Translations under genes and position numbers: made by a program | Notes under the pieces: model-generated | What the model was told of the DNA's origin: nothing | What the model saw: the letters and a program-made list of their open reading frames with translations, nothing else | Database searches by the model: none | Source of the DNA: the human T2T-CHM13v2.0 reference genome, Homo sapiens | Assembly: GCF_009914755.1 (NCBI RefSeq) | Contig: NC_060936.1 | DNA: 64,000 nt | Strand: one strand, 5' to 3' | In this document: positions 59,196 through 64,000 of the stretch, one piece after another | How positions within the stretch are numbered: position 1 is the first letter of the stretch | Layout of the letters: every line of letters starts with the position of its first letter

Positions 59196-60642
59196 AATTT
59201 TGAAGGATGAAAAAGCATCATGTAGATGAGAGAAAATAAATTACTCTGTGTAAAAGCGCCTGTAACTAAGTAACTGAATTGCTTATCTATCATGCAAAAG
59301 TGACCTCAAAAATGTAAAATTATAAGTATTGTTTTCCTTAGGCAATTTTCATAGTAACCTATAAGATCCAAATCTTTGATAGTCTGTATGTTACTTATAA
59401 GAAAACGAAGTAAGAATTAATCATGTAAGTTTTAGCTTAGGGTTGAGCTGACAAGTTTAATTTCCCAATTTATTTGCTGGAAACATGATTTGCATATATG
59501 AATACATGTGCAGTTGCATTTTTAATATTGTCTTCAGTGTTATTTATACAGAGATAATAAGAGATATGTTATTCACTTCTTCAAAATTCACCCTTTACCC
59601 CACAGGTGGTCGCATCTCTGGGATCTGGTGATATTGGTAGTATTAAGCATCCCATATTAGATTCGGGGTGATGAGAATTTTATGATAGAAGGAAAGACTC
59701 GTTATTAGCTTTATATGACTTCCATTATTGTTAGCACCAGTAAAGATGTTTAATCACTATTGCCTTATAATGGTGTTATAAATTCAGGCTAGTCAAACAC
59801 ATAGTAAGTACATCCTTGCTTACCTATCCTAAACCTGCAGCGGACATGATTAATCAATCCCGTCTCTTTTTGAGGCAAGGCTTTGGTCTTTGAATTCCTC
59901 TCACCACATTACCCAAGACAAATACCATGTACAGGGAGACAGCGCATGGAAGCTAAGCGTAATTTGCTATCCTAGCTCTAGAGAATTCTGTACAAACTGA
60001 CTGTTCTGGTTGTGTGCAACTTGGCGTGGAATGTGTAATATCTACCCAATAATTAAGAGGCTTATTAAGAATAACAATGGTAATGCTTTTCCTTTTATAT
60101 AAATTGCTTTTTTTAGTACAAATGTAATACATGCTCATTAGAGAGAAATTTGGAAGGCACCAAAAATCACAGAGAAATATCATTATTGCACCTAATCCCA
60201 CCGCCAAGATAGAAACGCTAGTGCCATCTTGCGGTCATTTTTTTTTTAGATATTTTAGACTTTAATGTAAATGGTAATAATATACAAATGAGTGAGTGCA
60301 CACTGAATAGTGCCCAATTCTTGCAAAATCAGTGGTGACTTAGAATGCTACTTGCAAATGATTCAAACGATAAAACCTGTCTCTTGTAATTTTGTTCCTG
60401 TCTATAAAGAAGGAACCAAATACTAGGACAACACACCTGCTGCGCAGGCAGGAGACACTGGCCTGGTTGGTGGTAGATTGGGCCTCGGGGCTCATATTCA
60501 CTTTTAGTGGTGGTCGAGATAAGAGTTACATGAAAAGTATGGTATGAAGAAAAGGCTTGGTTATGCCATGGGTGAGGGATTGTCACAACAACCCAATGCA
60601 ATGGAAAATTAAAAAGTATAATTATTAAAAAATAAGTGTTTA

Positions 60643-61023
<381 letters not shown>

Positions 61024-61120
61024 TCAACTCTTCAGTACTAAGTAGCTATTCTTCTAGACATCTAATTTCTTGAGGTCAGAGACCACCTTATTCATCATCA
61101 TGTTTAGAAAACTGTGGTGT

Positions 61121-61729
61121 TGTGTTTGTCAAGATGGGCTAGGTCACACTGTGTTAACAACCCCCGAATCTCAGTGCCGTAAGGTGGGGCTTGGCAAACT
61201 ATGGCCCAAGAGCCAAATCAAATCCACAAACTGCTATTGTAAATAAAGTTTTGTTGGAACACAGCCATTCCCATTTGTTTCCAGATTGTGTATGACTGAT
61301 ACCACTCTCCAAGAGCAGAGGTGAGTAGCTTCGGGAAGAGTCTAAAATTCTTACTATCTGGGTCTGTAGAAAAAAACAAGTTTGCCAATCTCTGGCTTAA
61401 AGCAACAAAGAACTATTTTGCAGTCGTACTAAAGATGCACAGTCGGTTGGTCTTGGAGGTGAGGCCCTGCAGATTGTATTCACTCGGGGACTCAGTCTGA
61501 TGGATGACAACCTTGGCACACGCTTCCGTGATCACACTGCAGGAATGAGCGTGGAGGGTGAAATGCCAGCAATCAAATTATTCCAGCTGTGGATAATTTC
61601 CGCTCACACATTATTAACTACTCAGAGAAAATTCCCCTGCCTAACTTGAAGAAAGCCAGCAAGTGCAGCCCCTCCCCGTGTGTTCAGAGGAAGTGGACAC
61701 CTGTATATCAGGGCAACATATCTGCCACA
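61121..61729 (-). mobile_element. MLT1J-type MaLR LTR interrupted by MER58
   Basis: gatgggctaggtcacactgtgttaacaacccccgaatctcagtg...tttccgctcaca...tctgccaca. Confidence 0.6.
61184..61394 (-). mobile_element. MER58A
   Basis: ttggcaaactatggccc..gtaaataaagttttgttggaacacagcca..tttgccaatctctg. Confidence 0.8.
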
Positions 61730-62924
61730 GAACTAAGTAACATTGTCCTTGAATAAGCAAATAAACAAAAAAAAATCATAACCAGTTTATGCAATTCATT
61801 TGCTTTTAATTTCAAATACATTCATTAACCATCCTCTGTGAAACATCATGCTAGATACTAGTACATCCACCTGCCTTCATGTAACTTACATTCTAGTAGG
61901 GGAAACTAAACGTTAAATTCTCCATCTTAACGTAGACAACATTTCTCCATTTTACATTAATCTCTGTACCTTTCTGGTTTAAAAAAAAAAATCGTGGGTT
62001 GTAATATCTCCTAATTACTAACTAGGGCAGTATACTGCTAGTATTATTATTGCTATTCAGAGGGAGAAATTTTGGATACTTTTCCAAAGTCATCCCTGAC
62101 GATCAGCAAATTTATTTCTAATGCCATCAGAGTCTGTACTTCTCAATCAAATCTGAATCTGGGGAGCATTTTTTAGTGTTGTTTTTAACCTAGGATCTGA
62201 TTTATAATTACCTGGCACTTCAAAAATACAAATTTATTTGTGGATAATTGATTAACAGGCGCTGTCAGAGAAAAGCCTCTGATTTAAGCATCTCACACAG
62301 ATTGAAAGAAACACCCAGCCAATAGGTAATCTTGTTTAGTTGAAAGAATGACAGGAAGGGAATTTTCCTGGACTCCCATCTCCAAAATTTATTTTTTAGC
62401 TAAAAAGTGCTAGCTCCTGCTGTGAGTGGACAAAAATGAGGGTGAGAAACATGAAATATAAATTAGTTCTGACTATAGCAAAATGCAAAACACTCAATGA
62501 CTGAGAAATGTTTTTATACACCTACAATGGTGATGCCCCAAAAGGCTCACTGTCCCTTCTCCCGCTGGGACCGCATATTAATTCCAGAGGAAAAACCTCA
62601 GGTATTGTTTTTCATCCCGTAAACAAATAACATCAGTCTGTTGGTGGGGACACAAGCTGGAGTTGCATCATAGAAGGTTGACGATCTGATGAAACATGAA
62701 CATCAGGGCCAAAGACAAATGCTCAGAAAAAACGTTCAGTTAGAGATCAAATGTTTCAACTTCATAATGCTTTTCCTTCCTTGACAATGAAGGAAATGCA
62801 GGTCTGCAGGCATCAAGAGGAAACTGTTACAGCTGAGGTTTCATTGCATGAGCAACAATTATTGGCTGTAAAACCCACACATTATAGTGGAAGGAAAACG
62901 TCTCTCTACTAAAATAACCTTAGT

Positions 62925-64000
62925 CCAACTTTGAGTATTGGCACAAATGTTCTTTTGGTTTCAGTGATTTTTCTCTATTTCTTTTTCTCTTTTCTACTTT
63001 ATTGACTTCTATTTTTTATTACTTTTTTTTTTTTCTGTTTCTGATGGACTTGATGTGCTTTCTTTTTCTTTTTCTGATGTTTTAACGTAAACAGTCAGGT
63101 CATTGATTTTAATACTGTTATTGTAGTATGTGTTTATTGGTAATTTTTTTCTCTAACTATAATTGTGGGTGTGTCTATTTCTACTTTATGCACCACCAGT
63201 GTTTGCTGCATATATTTAGAAGCTCTTTTATTGGTACATAATCATTTGGTATTATTGTATCATTCAATCGATGGCTCATTTTTCATAAGGAAATGACCCT
63301 AATTCACACCAATAGTGCTTTTTCTGAAACCTACTTATCTGATATTAATAAAGCCTCTTCAGCTTTTTAAAATTAGTATTTCCAGGGTGAATATTTTCCT
63401 ATATTTTTCTTTTAATCTAACTTGTGTCTTTATATTTACACTGGGTTTATCATTGTGTTTTTTGGGGGTTTTTTGTTTTTGTTTTTTGATTTAAGTTTCT
63501 TGTAGAAAGCATATAGTTTGCTTGTTTATATCCAATTTCACAATTTATGTCTTTTTTATTGTGATCTTTTGACCACTTATATTTTATCAGTTACTGCTAT
63601 GGTTAGGTTTAAATCAAACATCTTGTTATTAATTTTTTTTATGTATCTTCTATTATTTTTATTCCCTTTTAACATCTTTTGCCTTTATTTACACTTTAAC
63701 TGTTATTTACTTCCACTTTAAATTCCATATTCTCCTATTAGCTTCCCGATTTTTAGATGGGTGATTTAAGATTTATAGTCTATAATTTGAATTCATTGCA
63801 GCCTACTATGAAGTCATAATGTACTACTCCATGTATGGTACAGGAAACTAATAGGAATAGTTTTCCAATGTTTCCTGCCCAACTTTTATACTCTTGCTGT
63901 CACACATTTTATTTCTGTGTTTTAAGCCTAAATCTCACAATAATTGTTTTTCTTCCTTAAACGGTCTTTTATCTTTTAAAGATATTTAAGAAATAATAAT
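62925..64000 (-). mobile_element. Old L1M ORF2 fragments
   Basis: T-rich antisense L1 motifs: tttgctgcatatatttagaagctct, ttatctgatattaataaagcc, tttcttgtagaaagcatatagtt. Confidence 0.65.

Overview
Primate, almost certainly human, euchromatic non-coding DNA, either intergenic or deep intronic. It carries AluJ/S/Y SINEs, MIR, L2, old L1 fragments, MER58/MER1/MADE1 DNA transposons and many solo LTRs. I find no protein-coding gene, tRNA or rRNA. The supplied ORFs are artefacts of Alu, microsatellite or LTR sequence, except for degenerate gag/pro/RT remnants of a deleted ERVL (HERV16-like) provirus at about 48.6-52.0 kb on the minus strand. I cannot name the locus from sequence alone, and repeat subfamily names come from recalled consensus sequences, not a database search. 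The most unusual structure is a recurrent set of short local self-copies. These are a ~230 bp inverted duplication with nested hairpins at its junction, an older ~200 bp inverted duplication, a ~165 bp direct duplication preserving the empty site of an LTR insertion, 23-40 bp dispersed copies, micro inverted triplications and a palindromic AT-rich repeat. Also notable are a CpG-retaining AluY, a C-rich expansion inside an MSTA LTR and a 35-bp VNTR. I do not see evidence for a new gene system.
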